From Paragordius varius (taxonomy: Eukaryota > Animalia > Nematomorpha), in NCBI GenBank assembly GCA_964247055.1, contig OZ176051.1, positions 8,308,001 through 8,372,000 of the forward strand: a stretch of DNA of 64,000 bases. Reading direction: 5' to 3'. The translations under genes were made by a program, and so were the position numbers. The notes under the pieces were generated by a model. That model made no database searches. It was not told the origin of the DNA and was given only the letters and a program-made list of their open reading frames with translations. This document shows positions 1 through 13,100 of this stretch, piece after piece. The stretch's first letter is position 1; each line of letters opens with the position of its first letter.

Positions 1-3000
1 ATTAACTTAACGAAATTGGAGTTAACCTTTGTGTGCCACTTCAGTTATATTTTATCCTTACTGATGATTATACCAGCGGTGCGCAAAAAATTGGCAACTT
101 AATTCTTCCTTCCCCGTTCTGTAATTCTTGACTCAATTTATTACAGTTGATGTTGCCTATGTCTACATCTGAAAGAGCATTCAATTCTACTTAAATTTTA
201 GTTATCACTCAATAATTTTTTATCAACACCATATCTTTTGGGGTTAATATATATCCCAGAGTTTCTATTTGGATTTTTTGTTCAAAATTGTAAAATATAA
301 TATGTTAATATTGTCAACGAGAACGAATCTTTTATGTTAAAATAATATGGTTAAAAAATAAAATTACTAAATTTTATAATTGCTTTTGATCACATAGTGT
401 TTTACTAATTTAAAATTTTGAGTTTTGTATACCTATTATTCAGACAGGTTATCCTTGATACTCATAATATGACACAACTATCGGTCTTTATAGATAGATT
501 TCAGAAGTGAACACTAAAAATTATCTGAGTCGAAAGTAAAACATGGGGTTCGTTATCCACAAATTTTAATTAAACTAAGTTGTAAGAAATTTTAAACTCG
601 ATACATTATAATGAAACTGTGCTCTATGAATAGAGTTTGAAAATTGTCTCTAATTTGCAAAATTTGAATTGACATTATAACAAGTATACTCTCGAAAGTA
701 TAATTAAAGTTGACCCGTACTTCTAGATGGTTTTTATGTTTAATTGGTAATTATTATCCAAGGTTGCATTCGGTGATATTATCATTTCAAATATTACAGA
801 AAAATAATTTATTTGTTAGAGGTAGGAAACTGTCCAAAAAAGTTTCGTTGATTCCGCTCAAATTTTAGTAACTTAATATACCCAAAATAATGTATTTGTT
901 AAGCTTTTAGGTTTCATCTTAAAAATATTTCAATATCTTATCCACTGTATATCTACTGTGGGAACTTTGGACTAATTGCAATTGAAAATACGAAAAAAAT
1001 ATGACAAATATAGGATTTTAAGCCACTTTTTAAGCATTGTATAAACTCGTTATGATGTTCATGGCGGGGTATGAAGGGTGCTATGAGATATATTTATTTA
1101 ATTTTTGTATATAATCTAGTTATTTTTCAAAATACTCTCATAAATAATTATATTATAGGAAAAATAAAAAAAATAAAAAACAATATTGTTAATGATGTTA
1201 CAGTATAAATAATTTATGATTTAAGTTAATCAAATTTCATTATTTCATTCTCGCTGCCTAAAAACTAAATATAACCAATTAAATAAATTGAATTTTAATG
1301 GCTCATTTGTGTACAGTTTTGAAATAAAAATTGTCATTTTGTTTGTCGTTTTTTTAATTTACCAGTTTTTGAAATTAATATTTATACGTTTTAAATGGTT
1401 TCGTAATAAACTCACCATTATAAAATTATTGAAGAGATTCCATATGAATTCATAAATTTTTTACTGCATTTTTTTGGTGTTTTTTTTGAAAATAATTAAT
1501 TTTCGCTGAAGTATATATTGTAGCCATAAAAAATATATACAACAAAATTTTGCAATTAAGATAAAATGTATTTATGGAATATATTTATAATTTAATTAAT
1601 AACTTTCCCTGACCCGCGTAAATCTGGTTTAGTGATATCCAAAATTATATTCGTGGGCAGCACTTTTATGATAAAAAGTCTAACCAAAATAAAGGGCATC
1701 ATATATTATTAGATTCCAAACATATAACTGAAAATCAATTATGAACACAATGAAAAAAACTATAAACTTCACCGAAATTTGCCAGCTTATTGCCAAAATT
1801 TGGAAAGACTTAGTTTAATTTTGTTTAAAAAAATTCAATTTTACCAAAATTTGTTTTATAAATAGCCATGTTTTTGCCGATTAGCAATTTCCTATTTATA
1901 TGGTCAAAATTTTTGTAGGGGGTTGCGAATTAAAGACCCATGATTGTGATAAATATTATATTCTTTATTTTTAATCTTTTTTATAGGAGACCAGTCGAAA
2001 TATTACAGGAAAATATTTATAAATGCTTCTGTATCTTCCCTCAAAATGGTTTAACTTTGAAATTGTCGTCTAATTTTTTTAATCTAAATATACTACTGTT
2101 TTTTAGACATTTTATTACATTAGTGATCGTTTGTGTGTGTTAAAATTGTTTAAATTAACTCCATACATAGCTATAAAGTTTATCCTTTAATCCCTTTACA
2201 TATAATGTATAAAAAACAGAATTAAGTGTTTCTAAATCCTGGATTAATATTTATCACTGTAATTTTACTATTTTTCATTAATCTGTGTGATTATATTCTT
2301 ACAAATATTATTATTAAATTACTAAATGCACACACAAAACATAATAATAAAAGATAAGTACCAATTTACAAGATTAATGAAAGGGCAAATTTGAACAATA
2401 TAAGGCTCAAATTAAGATTTGTAAAATTTTATGAAAAACTATCACCCTAAAATGTTAAACAAAATCGTTGTTGGTTTCTCAGAACATTCCCTAATGTCAG
2501 TTCGACTTTTTTAAACAAGCAAACCCGCTTTTGGTTCAAGTAAAAACCTAAAAATTACCAGTAACCACGGGTGTCTAATACAAATATTTTCACGTGCTTT
2601 GAAAATTTTGGTTTTTTTATTTATTATGAGTCGAATTTAAAATGTTATATTTTCTAAATCTAAATGATCATTTTAATTGGAATCTTTTCTTTTTTAAATT
2701 TTTTAGAGCACTTTTGCGAAAACCGAAACAAGAGTGTTAAAGACCCATGTTCTAAACATTAGATTAAACAATATTCTTAAGTTTGACTCTTTAAAAAAAG
2801 TAAACACGATTTCGTTTTGCAATTTACTATACTACAATCAACTTTTTGTTAACTTTGAAACAATTAAACTTATTTGGGTATATTATTAGATAGAAATAAA
2901 TCGTAAGAAATAAAAAAAATCGGCATTTCCTAAACTATCTTAAGGTAGATTTATTTTGAAAAGTTTAAAATTTGCTAATCGGAATGAAGTGCGTTTAAAA

Positions 3001-4089
3001 TCACCCAAAAACCATCAATAATTTATGAAAGTGTATGCATGAGATGTTTTTTTCATCAAAGATATAATTAAACTTAAAGTAAAGTTGGATTAAATATGTA
3101 TAAATAATCTAATTTGAATTACCTGCTTAGAGTTAAAAGTTCACAAAATCTTTAAAATAAAACACTTAAAGCTATTTGCTAACTATTACTTACGCAAATG
3201 AAACGCTTTAAACTTAATATATTGGCATGTTTTAGATAAATCCATCCCCATTGCATTTTAACTAATTTTCTAATAACTAATTAAATATATAGGATATAAT
3301 AATACGTCAATTCATTTTAAATTAAGAGTGTAGTAATTTATGTTGTATTTTAAAATATTCTTTTTTGTACCTAACGTGATTATATAAAAACTTTAAGCAA
3401 CTTTATAAACTAGAACCATCAAACCAAATTATAGCTGAAAGCTCCAACTACTAATAATTACCAAACATCATAGTTTAATTTTTTACTATCGACAATTCCT
3501 AATATATTAGTTTTTGATGAAGTAAAATTTGTTATTTGTGGCCGATTTAAAGTGTCGGTTTATATAAGGTAATCTCTTCTTTACTTAAATACAATTGATT
3601 TGTATTATTCCTTTGCGTTTCTAATAATAATTATCAGTAAAATATTTTTTTATACACCACATTATATTTAAACAAAATGCCAAAGATTTATTTGACAAAC
3701 AAAATTATATTGATGATAAGGCAATACTTGATGGTTAGAAAATTCTGCTTATGTAGGAATTTAAATTCATTTTTAAATACTTTTTCCGAATCAGAATAAG
3801 CACATAGCAAAGTAACACTATTTAATTTAGTTATTTGTAAGTATGTGTAAAAATACATGTTTGCTCTCCACTAATTTTATTTATTCCATATGTTAATATA
3901 TTTTTTGTTCGCCTGCCGAATTTTTTAGCTGAAAGTCTGGTTTATGAAGTCATTTGTGTTGAATACTGCTATTAATCCAAACACACTCCAGATTTTAGAA
4001 AAACATTTCAATAAAAAATTGTTAAAGATATACATCACACATACGCTGAAAGTTTTGTCAAAAACGAATATCGCTGATATTTTTAAAGT

Positions 4090-4550
4090 TATTGTCTTGT
4101 TTAAAATACTTGAGATAAATATTTTTTTCTAAAAGATAACCATATTTTTTAAATATAAATTTTTCCCATATAAGCTACTTAGTTAATATACTTGATTGTG
4201 TTACCAATATACATCTCTAGTCCATACTTTGCAATTTTTAACAATTTATTAAATTTTAAAAAATCAAGATTTAAAAAGTATGGTTGTCTTTTAGAAAAAA
4301 AATATTTGTCTTTATATTTTTACGGTGATGGTATAGCAGGGAGGGCGCCGGACTCTTACACTGCGTGCCAGAGTTCGAACCCCAAAACTAAGCAATTTTT
4401 CCATCATCACTGTCAGCCCTGGGCAGGCGAGTGTTTGAAGCCTTGACAGTCCGGATATATTTAAAGTTCTTACCCTTTAATAAAAAAGAAAAAAAGAGAC
4501 TCTAAACTGTATATTTTTACGTTTTGTCCGCATAATTTCAATTTTTACTG
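4090..4550. mobile_element. MITE family B copy interrupted by the SINE
   Basis: Family B internal sequence and right TIR TTTTGTCCGCATAATTTCAATTTTTACTG-TA; left boundary approximate. Confidence 0.65.
4325..4509 (+). mobile_element. tRNA-derived SINE-like retroelement inserted in a MITE
   Basis: A-box-like TGGTATAGCAGGG (4329-41), Lys-like loop GACTCTTAC (4351-59), B box GAGTTCGAACCC (4371-82), A-rich 3' tract, and a 12-bp direct repeat TATATTTTTACG at 4313-4324 and 4510-4521. Confidence 0.75.
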
Positions 4551-4792
4551 TATGTAAATTGGACAATAATTTTTTCTACAAAAAATAAACATATATTTAA
4601 TTATTATCGCATCTCTTCAATTAAAACTTGGATACATTCATTTTCGATTCAAATCGGGGTAATTTGATACTCCAGGCTTGTTTAAAATTATATATTTAAA
4701 AAATATGAAATAAATTGAAACCAGAGAAAAAGTTTGCACTTATATAACATTAATGAACCGAAAATAATAAATCCATTCAAAATTATTTGTTA

Positions 4793-5215
4793 ATAGCGTA
4801 AATCTCGTGCTGCTACGCAGCCCGAGAAAGTCCTTCGGACTTCTGGGGGGAGGGCTATTTGAAATAAGGGACAATAAAATGATCCACATATGTGGATTAT
4901 TTCGAAACATTTAATAGATATGGTTTTATAGGGATTTTAAAACGGAGCATTTACTAATATATTGTTTAATTGGGGGAAAAATAGATTTAAAAAAATTATT
5001 TTTGTAAACTTTGTTTTTTTTTTAAAAATGGCATTTTAGGGGGGTAGCGGGTAAAAAGAGGGCCTAAATCAAAAAAGTGAGACGACTATGTTCGGCACGA
5101 TCGAAATTAAATTGTCTCAACCCGTTTTTCACACGGGGTGGGCTCGAACTGGGAGCCTATTTCAAAAAAAGTGCGAAGCTATTGTCGGGGCATTCATTAA
5201 TGATTACAGTAGCGT
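4793..5215. mobile_element. Shorter copy of the same Helitron-like repeat
   Basis: TAGCGTAAATCTCGTGCTGCTACGCAGCCCGA...GGCATTTTAGGGGGGTAGCGGGTAAAAAGAGGGCCTAAATCAAAAAAGTGA...GGGGCATTCATTAATGATTA shared with 39.3-40.2 kb. Confidence 0.7.
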
Positions 5216-7980
5216 ATGCAGTAAAAGATTGTTAGTGCGCAATAATCTTAAAAACACAAAACAAGGGTATATTATGGATAATCTATACAAAACCAGGGGA
5301 CAATCTTGGTATATGTAAAAATGCGCATTTGGTTTTTGTAAAATTGCGATGATAAATTGTAAAAATATTAGTGAAACATTATTTCCCAGATTTCATATTC
5401 AAAAATATTATTTAAATTATTACTTGCTTTTCTCGATCTATTTAAAGCTAAATGAGCGTGAGAAAAGTAAACAATTATTACATAAGTACTTGTTAAATGC
5501 ATAACTTATATTATTTTTTATTAACCGACACCTTGTCTTTTACACAGATTCACGGAAAGATTTTAAACACAATGATATATTTAACAATGATGTTTTCTTA
5601 AATGTGCAACAATAAAAACTATATATTTTAATAATAACTATCTATTTATTAACACTAGGGTGAAATAAGTATATATGAACAATAATTTTAATGCAACATG
5701 TTAAATATTATCTAATCTTCTAGTAATTATCTAAATTGGATATATCCTGTAATACATTTCTAGAACTTTGTTCAATATTTCGTATTGTGGCTTTCCTCTG
5801 AGTATTCATAAACATTTAATAAATTTTCAATAAAAAAACATCATAAATATTTCTCACAAAAATTTTATGTATTAGCCTTTCAATACCAAATGTGCCGACC
5901 AAATATCCTTAATTTTTATGTTTTGATTATCATTCAGTCCTATTTATAAACATATCCATAATATCCCCCTGTTTTAGATTATTTTGCACTAACAATCTTT
6001 TACTGCATACGCTACTGTATATTTTTTCGATATTTGGATTGGATTGGGTCTACCGGTTTTCTGGTACCAGATCACAAAGGTAGCATTTTCTATTTTTATA
6101 AATATATAGATTATTTATTCATAGGTAAAACCCATAGGTAAAAATTTTGGCAACATGACATGTGTGCATAAGTTAAATACAAAAATAATACAAAATATAC
6201 TACTTTTACTGTTTATATCAATGTTAATTGGACTTTAATAAAAAAAATAAACTTAATTTTAAGCTTTGAATCAAATCTGTATTATGCAAAAATGTTGTGA
6301 AAATAAAAATGGCGTCCAAGTAGTTTAATACGGAACCATTCCAAAACTATATATTTATATATTTTGGCTTATTTATATGATTTATTTTATAATAGAATCA
6401 TAAATGAAACTCAAACCGTTTCCTTCAGTAGTTTTTTTTAAAATATCAACATAAATATTGTTTGGGGTATTTACATACCCCAATTTGAATCGAAGTGTTT
6501 AAATAATTTAAATGTATGTGTCCAATATCAATGGCAAATCTATTTTCTTCATATATTTGGAAACTATAAACCCTGTTCTATATCATTTAAGTTAATTATT
6601 ATTTTATTAGCTATATAAAAAGGATTTAAAGAGTAGTATTCTGACCCAAAATATTTATTTTCTGGGATTATTTTTTTTCAAAAAAGCATTATTAGATTAA
6701 TCATCTTGAAAGGATTATTTCATTAAAAAAGTCCATTATATAACCCGATTTAGGCTACTAGCTCTAAAAAAATAATTAAATATCCATTTTTTAATTAATT
6801 TTTCAGACTTAAGCCTTCTTATTTTATAGATTAGAATTGGTAAACCTTATTCAGAAATAATAGTATTAATATTATATTAATTGTAGTTTGTGCTAATATA
6901 TCTCTTAAGTCATTTAACAAAAGAGATTAAAATAATTATACTTATTTTGTAATCTATATATTTATAAAAAATGAATAAAAATATGCTTCACAAAAGGAAA
7001 GAATTGGTGTAGTCGATTTAACAGGCTGATATTATTCCCTAAAAAAGTTTAAAATATAGCAATTAGGGGCTTATTAGCAGTTTTTCTGAAGATTTGGTAC
7101 AATTATGGATTGAATTATACCAATTAACATCATACTTCTCAAATATTTTCAAAATATCTTGTAAGCCAACCAAATTTGAGCATAAAAATACACTACTCTA
7201 AAGATCGAAAAATAGTTTGGACTCAACATTGGAAAAATTATATCCCGAAAACTACCAGTAAGCAACCGGCTTTATAGTTATCAATTACGTGGAACTTTTT
7301 AACTATTAAACTAAGATTATATGCTAAAATTAGTTGGTTAAAATTTTAAAACCTTAATTTTATTCAAAAACTTAGTGATTTTCTTTTTAAACATAACTAA
7401 ATTTACATAATCTCGTATCTGACATACATAAAAATATTAAACTTAAATAAAAAATGTCACATGTAATTGGAAAGCTGATGACAAGATTAATAATACATAT
7501 TTCCAGATTTTACCGAATTCGACCCAAGCCCAATCTTTTATATGACAAATTGAATTATAAAATACGTGTCGAGTAAACTAACACTTTCTGACCTTTTTTT
7601 GTCCGCGATGACATAATGGGGTTATATCGCATAGCTCATCTTGTTAATGTCATAAAAATAATAATTCCAAATTTAATTATCAGACATTGTGCTCCTATAT
7701 TACATAAAAATTTTATACATTAGTACAACTCCAAAACACGATTGAACTAAACAGTTGATTTTAAAATCAATAAATATCAAGTTTTTTCTGGTCAACTGGA
7801 TTCTTACTAAAATTAACTATTTACATTTATGACTCTTGTTTTAGCGTTCTAAAAAATTTCAAGAAAAAATATGGCGGAAAAGTTTGAGATGAGGATTTTT
7901 ATGTACTATGTGCCTAAAAGGCTAAAGAAAGCATATTATCCTAATATGTTAAATAATTTTTAAGATAATAAATTTTAAAT

Positions 7981-8115
7981 CGCTGGACAACAACTCAAAA
8001 AGTCATGAAGTGTCAACAAATAAATTTGGCCAAAACTTTTAGTCCTCGTCCAAATTTAACAGATGATGAATGGCGGTCAATGTATTCAATTAATTTAAAT
8101 CACAGTAATAAATAA
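7981..8115 (+). pseudogene. Possible hAT transposase remnant
   Basis: RWTTTQKVM...NLTDDEWRSM resembles the hAT RWNST...LT-x-x-EW spacing; short and isolated. Confidence 0.22.
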
Positions 8116-10197
8116 CCATAACATCTAATTGAATAAAATCACTGGGTTGGAAATTAAAGAATGTTTTTAAGACTTGATGAAACTTAAGCAATGCTTTTAC
8201 AGTATATATTTTTTTCTAAACACGAGCTATTGATGACTGTACTTACAATTCTTACTTTTTTGTTTTATGAGCCAATTTTTAAATCATTTATATTTGTTAT
8301 AAAACTTGCGTAAAAAAATTTATAGACTAGGGCAGATAAAATGAGACGTTTGTGATTATTCGATCTGGAACAATAAGGCCTGAAACTAAAAGCATCATGA
8401 GTATCATGATCCACTTATAAACAATACTATATTTTTTCAAATTATTTTTTATGCATTTATGTACACTGTGTAAAATTATATTTATCAGAATTTTATAGTT
8501 TCAGGCATTTATGTTGTATCAGTAATCTGTTTTCGGAATATTCTGCCCCGGCTATATTATGAAATGCATTTCAAAGGAATCGCTGAAATATTAATGATTG
8601 GTATAATAGAGCAATATATATTAATAGCTATAACGGGACTTTAGTTTTTCTAGGTTTTTAGTCTAAATTGTTATGGAAATAACCTAGTTGAAAATGATAA
8701 ATTTTGCCATATCGCTCATCGTTTAAAAGTTGTATAATAAAATAACTTAACGCCCCTCGATTTTTATAAAAATTTAATTATTATCAACATATAATGCAAA
8801 GTGCTAATAAAAAATATCTTGATGTTATATATATATATCCTCGGCATATCAGGATTATTATGGTTTTCGACCCTACAAGGTATTTAAAAAAGTTATTAAC
8901 TTTTTAATACTATACTACTCCATATAGGGAAAAAAAATTTGCGCTAATTTTGTTAAATAAATTTTTTTTGGTAAAAGCTAAGTGCTTAATCTAAAAATTT
9001 TTTATAAACATATCATAAACTACACATAAAAAGCATAACAATGTTTTCAAAAAATTTAATTTTTGGCTCCGAAAATCCCAGATATTTATAGGTTATTTTT
9101 CTTAAAATAAATGATATGCCAAAACAGCGCGAAATTTTTTAATTATTTGCTTAATTTTGATATCAACTAAAATTATTTTTTAAAATATTTTCAAAAATTG
9201 AATTTTAGGCACATACATCACAATTTTGATTAAAATATTAGTTCGTCTAATAATTAATATAAACTGTTTTTTACAAAAATTACCAAGAAAGCAACTTTAA
9301 AATAATATATATAGAGGTAATAGAAATGTTCAAATTATGGAATTGTTTTTATAATATGTTAGAGCGGTTTTATACCGTTTCCAACATGCTTAAAAAACCA
9401 TAAAACTCGCATTATCAAATGCTATTAATTAATTTTTAAGCCATTTCAAAATAAAATTCTTAAATGTAAAAAATTAGCACACGTTTTCGCCTTAAACTTT
9501 TTTAAAATTATGACATTTAGAACTTATATCTAAAATACTATATAAAAATTCTTTTGCTTTAAATTTAGGATATATTTTTGTAGAAATGAACTTTTTTAAA
9601 ACTTATATGTAAAATGTGAGCAATATTTGCCATTTTCTTATATGGATAGTAAATTACCACAAAATTAAATTAATTTCATATAATGATCAAAACCAAAAGC
9701 ACCATAATAATCCTGATACTCCTGATACATTTCCTATCAACATATAATATATTTACAAGATATTTTTATGCCTCCGATTTTGGACGCAGTGAGTATATCT
9801 ATTTTAGTAATTTTTTTAAAATAAGTATCTTGACATTTTGTATGGCGTTAACAAAAATATTTTTAACTTTATTTTACTAGTAAGGCAGCTCCTTGAGACC
9901 CTAATAGTCAGAATATATAATAAATCTAAATATTTTTTACCGCCCCATTTGTGCAATGTTGATATATTATATTTACAAAAAGTGATTAAGTGATATCTTA
10001 AACCAAGAGTATGATGATCCTAAGATCTTTGTATAAACATTTTAGTGTATATAGCTTGCATAAATTTATAATTTATAACAAATATTTAAAAATAGTCTTT
10101 TTTCCAAATATATTTTTGGTAATTGTACATTTTGTTTAACATTATTTCAATAAAATTTATTCATACATCTTGCAAATCACGCATTCTCTTGTTTTAG

Positions 10198-13100
10198 CGT
10201 TAAACATGTGTTAACTCTATCTTCGCAAGATATGTTGGAAAATAAAATTCCACCTCCAGATCACTCTGAATTGGAGCGACGTTTCGCTAGAGTCCTAGTA
10301 ATTTTTATTTTTTGTATATATTTATATTCATCTGTTATATTTTTAATGCAATTTATATATTTAATAACAAATAATTTTTATGCTTAATGTTAAGAATTCG
10401 ATGGACCTTCCTCCTGATAAAGCTCGCCTGCTAAAACAATATGATGACGACAAAAAATGGGATTTAATCTGTGATCAGGTATTGATAATGTTTGAACTTA
10501 ATTTGGTATATAATTCTAGGATTTACAAAGTTCACATCTGGTATTTATGGTTATGCCTATAATATAATTAATTATGCATATTTTTTGGCATTATATTTAG
10601 ATTCAAATATGGATTAAAAATTAATCCATAATTTTGCTCGTGAAATGCTATATAAAAGAATTTGATTTATTTTGCTATTTTGTGTATGCTAAATGCACTT
10701 ATAATTTTTAATAATATAGCTAACAATACTTATTGAAACCAGTTGTGGATATTCTTTTACACACTTTTATTTCCCTTAAAATTATACTTTAAAGTGCATG
10801 TTTCTTGTTAAATTTAATATTTTCGAACCCTATAATTTTCAGATAGTTTTAACAATAATATTAAATTTGAATTTTTTTCATTCTTTATTTATTATAATTT
10901 TTAATATTTGCAATAATATGTCTGTAATTTTCCTTTAAATATCCATGACTCATTGATAGTTATTGATTGTACTGGGTCTGTTTTATGATAAATTTTTAAA
11001 TTTAACAGCATCAGAAGGCAATCGATAATTTTTGAACGAGATATTTTTTAGCAAAAACAGCAAGATTTGACAATTTTCTTAGCATGACCATTATTTTTAT
11101 TTTTATGCGTTGCTAGAAAATCGATAATTTAGCGTATAAAAAGTCTCCAATAATGTTATTTTAATGTACCCTGGTAACCTGAAAACAAAAATAAAACAAC
11201 ACATAAGATTTGGGACAATTGGATTTTTTTGTTTTGCTATGTCATTGTTTGTCCTTTTAATTAGACTTTGCATTTTTATATAATATCACTGTTGAATAAT
11301 ATGTAATAACAATTTATGGTATAATTGAAAAAATTATATATATTATATTTTATTGTCAAATAATTTAAAAAATTTGAATTTTCTGGGGAAAAAAATTAGT
11401 TTTATATAATAGTTAAAACTTTTGGGGTTATTTTTTGCCCAACGAAATATACTTCTAAAAATATCAGAATCCTGACGGTCAGGCTCAAATACTGGTTTCA
11501 CCTTTTTTGTTCATTTGTCATTTTTTTTAATCCGTTTTGTTAAATTACCATTTTTGTGATATAAAACTTGTAATTCTCTAAGATTTAAATCTATGGTTTA
11601 TTCATAAAACTGATAATAAAAGACAAATTAACAATTCACGTGTTTTAAAAAGCTAAAAAACTGAGAAAATTTTCAAAACCTTGGAAATCGCACATCCGGT
11701 TTTATTTTTTTGGAATGGGTTGTTGGGATTCATAGTTTACTATAACTATAAGCTTATGGACACAAAAGGATTTTATTTTTTTACATTTTTCTACAATTAG
11801 AAATATATTATTTAAAGTAGTAGCGATTTATAAACCCGCAAATTTTTTCCATTAAATACATGCATAAATGTAGCTTAAATGGATTTGACTATTACGAAGA
11901 ATTTAAGATAAGATATTGTTAAAATTATATTGATTAATACAAATAATTATTACTATATAAAAACTATTTGAGCTCATATGGGATTAAATTGACTTAAAAT
12001 AAATACTCCGTTTTTTCACACCTGAGTTATAAGATTTTAAATAATTAAAGCCACAAAAAGGGTAATTGAAATAATGTTTCACATCTTAGATTTTTACTTA
12101 TACAACAATATTAGGCTATTTTATCCATTAATTCATATATTTATATTAGTTTTACCATATATCTTCGCAACTTTATGTAATTTCGATTTCGGATAATATA
12201 TCTTCGTAATAATCGTAAATTTTTGATTTAAATGCAACTTTTAAACATTTTTTAGAGCATTTTTGCGTACCGAAAAAAGTATATTGGATATCCCTGGTTA
12301 ACATTGTTCTTTTTTTAGGATTGCATTCCAATTTTAAATTGTTGAAAAAACCATCACTTAATTAAATTTTAAAAGACATGCTAAACTTGTTATCATTCTC
12401 GGATTATTGTCTAACTTAGTTTCTATCTTAAGTAGATATATTTAATATTGCAGTAGTATTTTTCACTTATAAAAGCTATTTATACTTACCAACTACATTA
12501 ATAAAATGTTTAATGAATCTTTCATTAATAAATCTTTTATTATTTAATTTAAAGAGGAATTTATACTTTTCCTTTTCCATTTCCTAACCTGGAACCACCA
12601 TTTGTCGTTAAATCCATTTGTGTTTTTTTTCTCACTGATACTATGTTTCCTCTCTGTTTGCTTGCAATAAATATTAATTTTAGTATTTAGGTGTGATATA
12701 TATAGTCTCTTCTTACTTAACTAACTATCATTTAATCTTATTAAAATATATATTATTGAATAAGTAGATTAATTTATAATAGGAATGCCGTGTCGTTTTT
12801 GCTATACATTAATTATATTTAGATTGAATTTTCTCAAACTTATGATATGTAAATTCATTCCATTCTCTAATATGAAAATATTACAATAGCAAAGTAACTA
12901 ATCTCCTGATGATCCATGGGCGAAAATTTGAAAATCTATTTTTTTTCACTTTATTTTACGACGATTTCCACATCATTTAGATTACAAAACTTCGTCGTTA
13001 CCCACTCAATTAAACTTGTGTTGTCATATTATAGTTTTAAATTATAATGTTGAAACGATGGGCTTTAAAATGTTGCGCATTAAGTTTACAAACGGTCATT

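Noticed and set aside
4325-4400. Functional tRNA gene
   Set aside because: A and B boxes are present but T-stem and acceptor-stem pairing fail; the TSD and A-rich tail indicate a SINE.
5088-5318. 76-aa ORF
   Set aside because: Starts inside a dispersed repeat whose other copies (39.6-40.1 kb) do not keep the frame.
1-10197. Myristoylated MG- first exon of the formin
   Set aside because: ATGGG candidates at about 543 and 7617 give short frames with no suitable donor; the exon was not located in this window.
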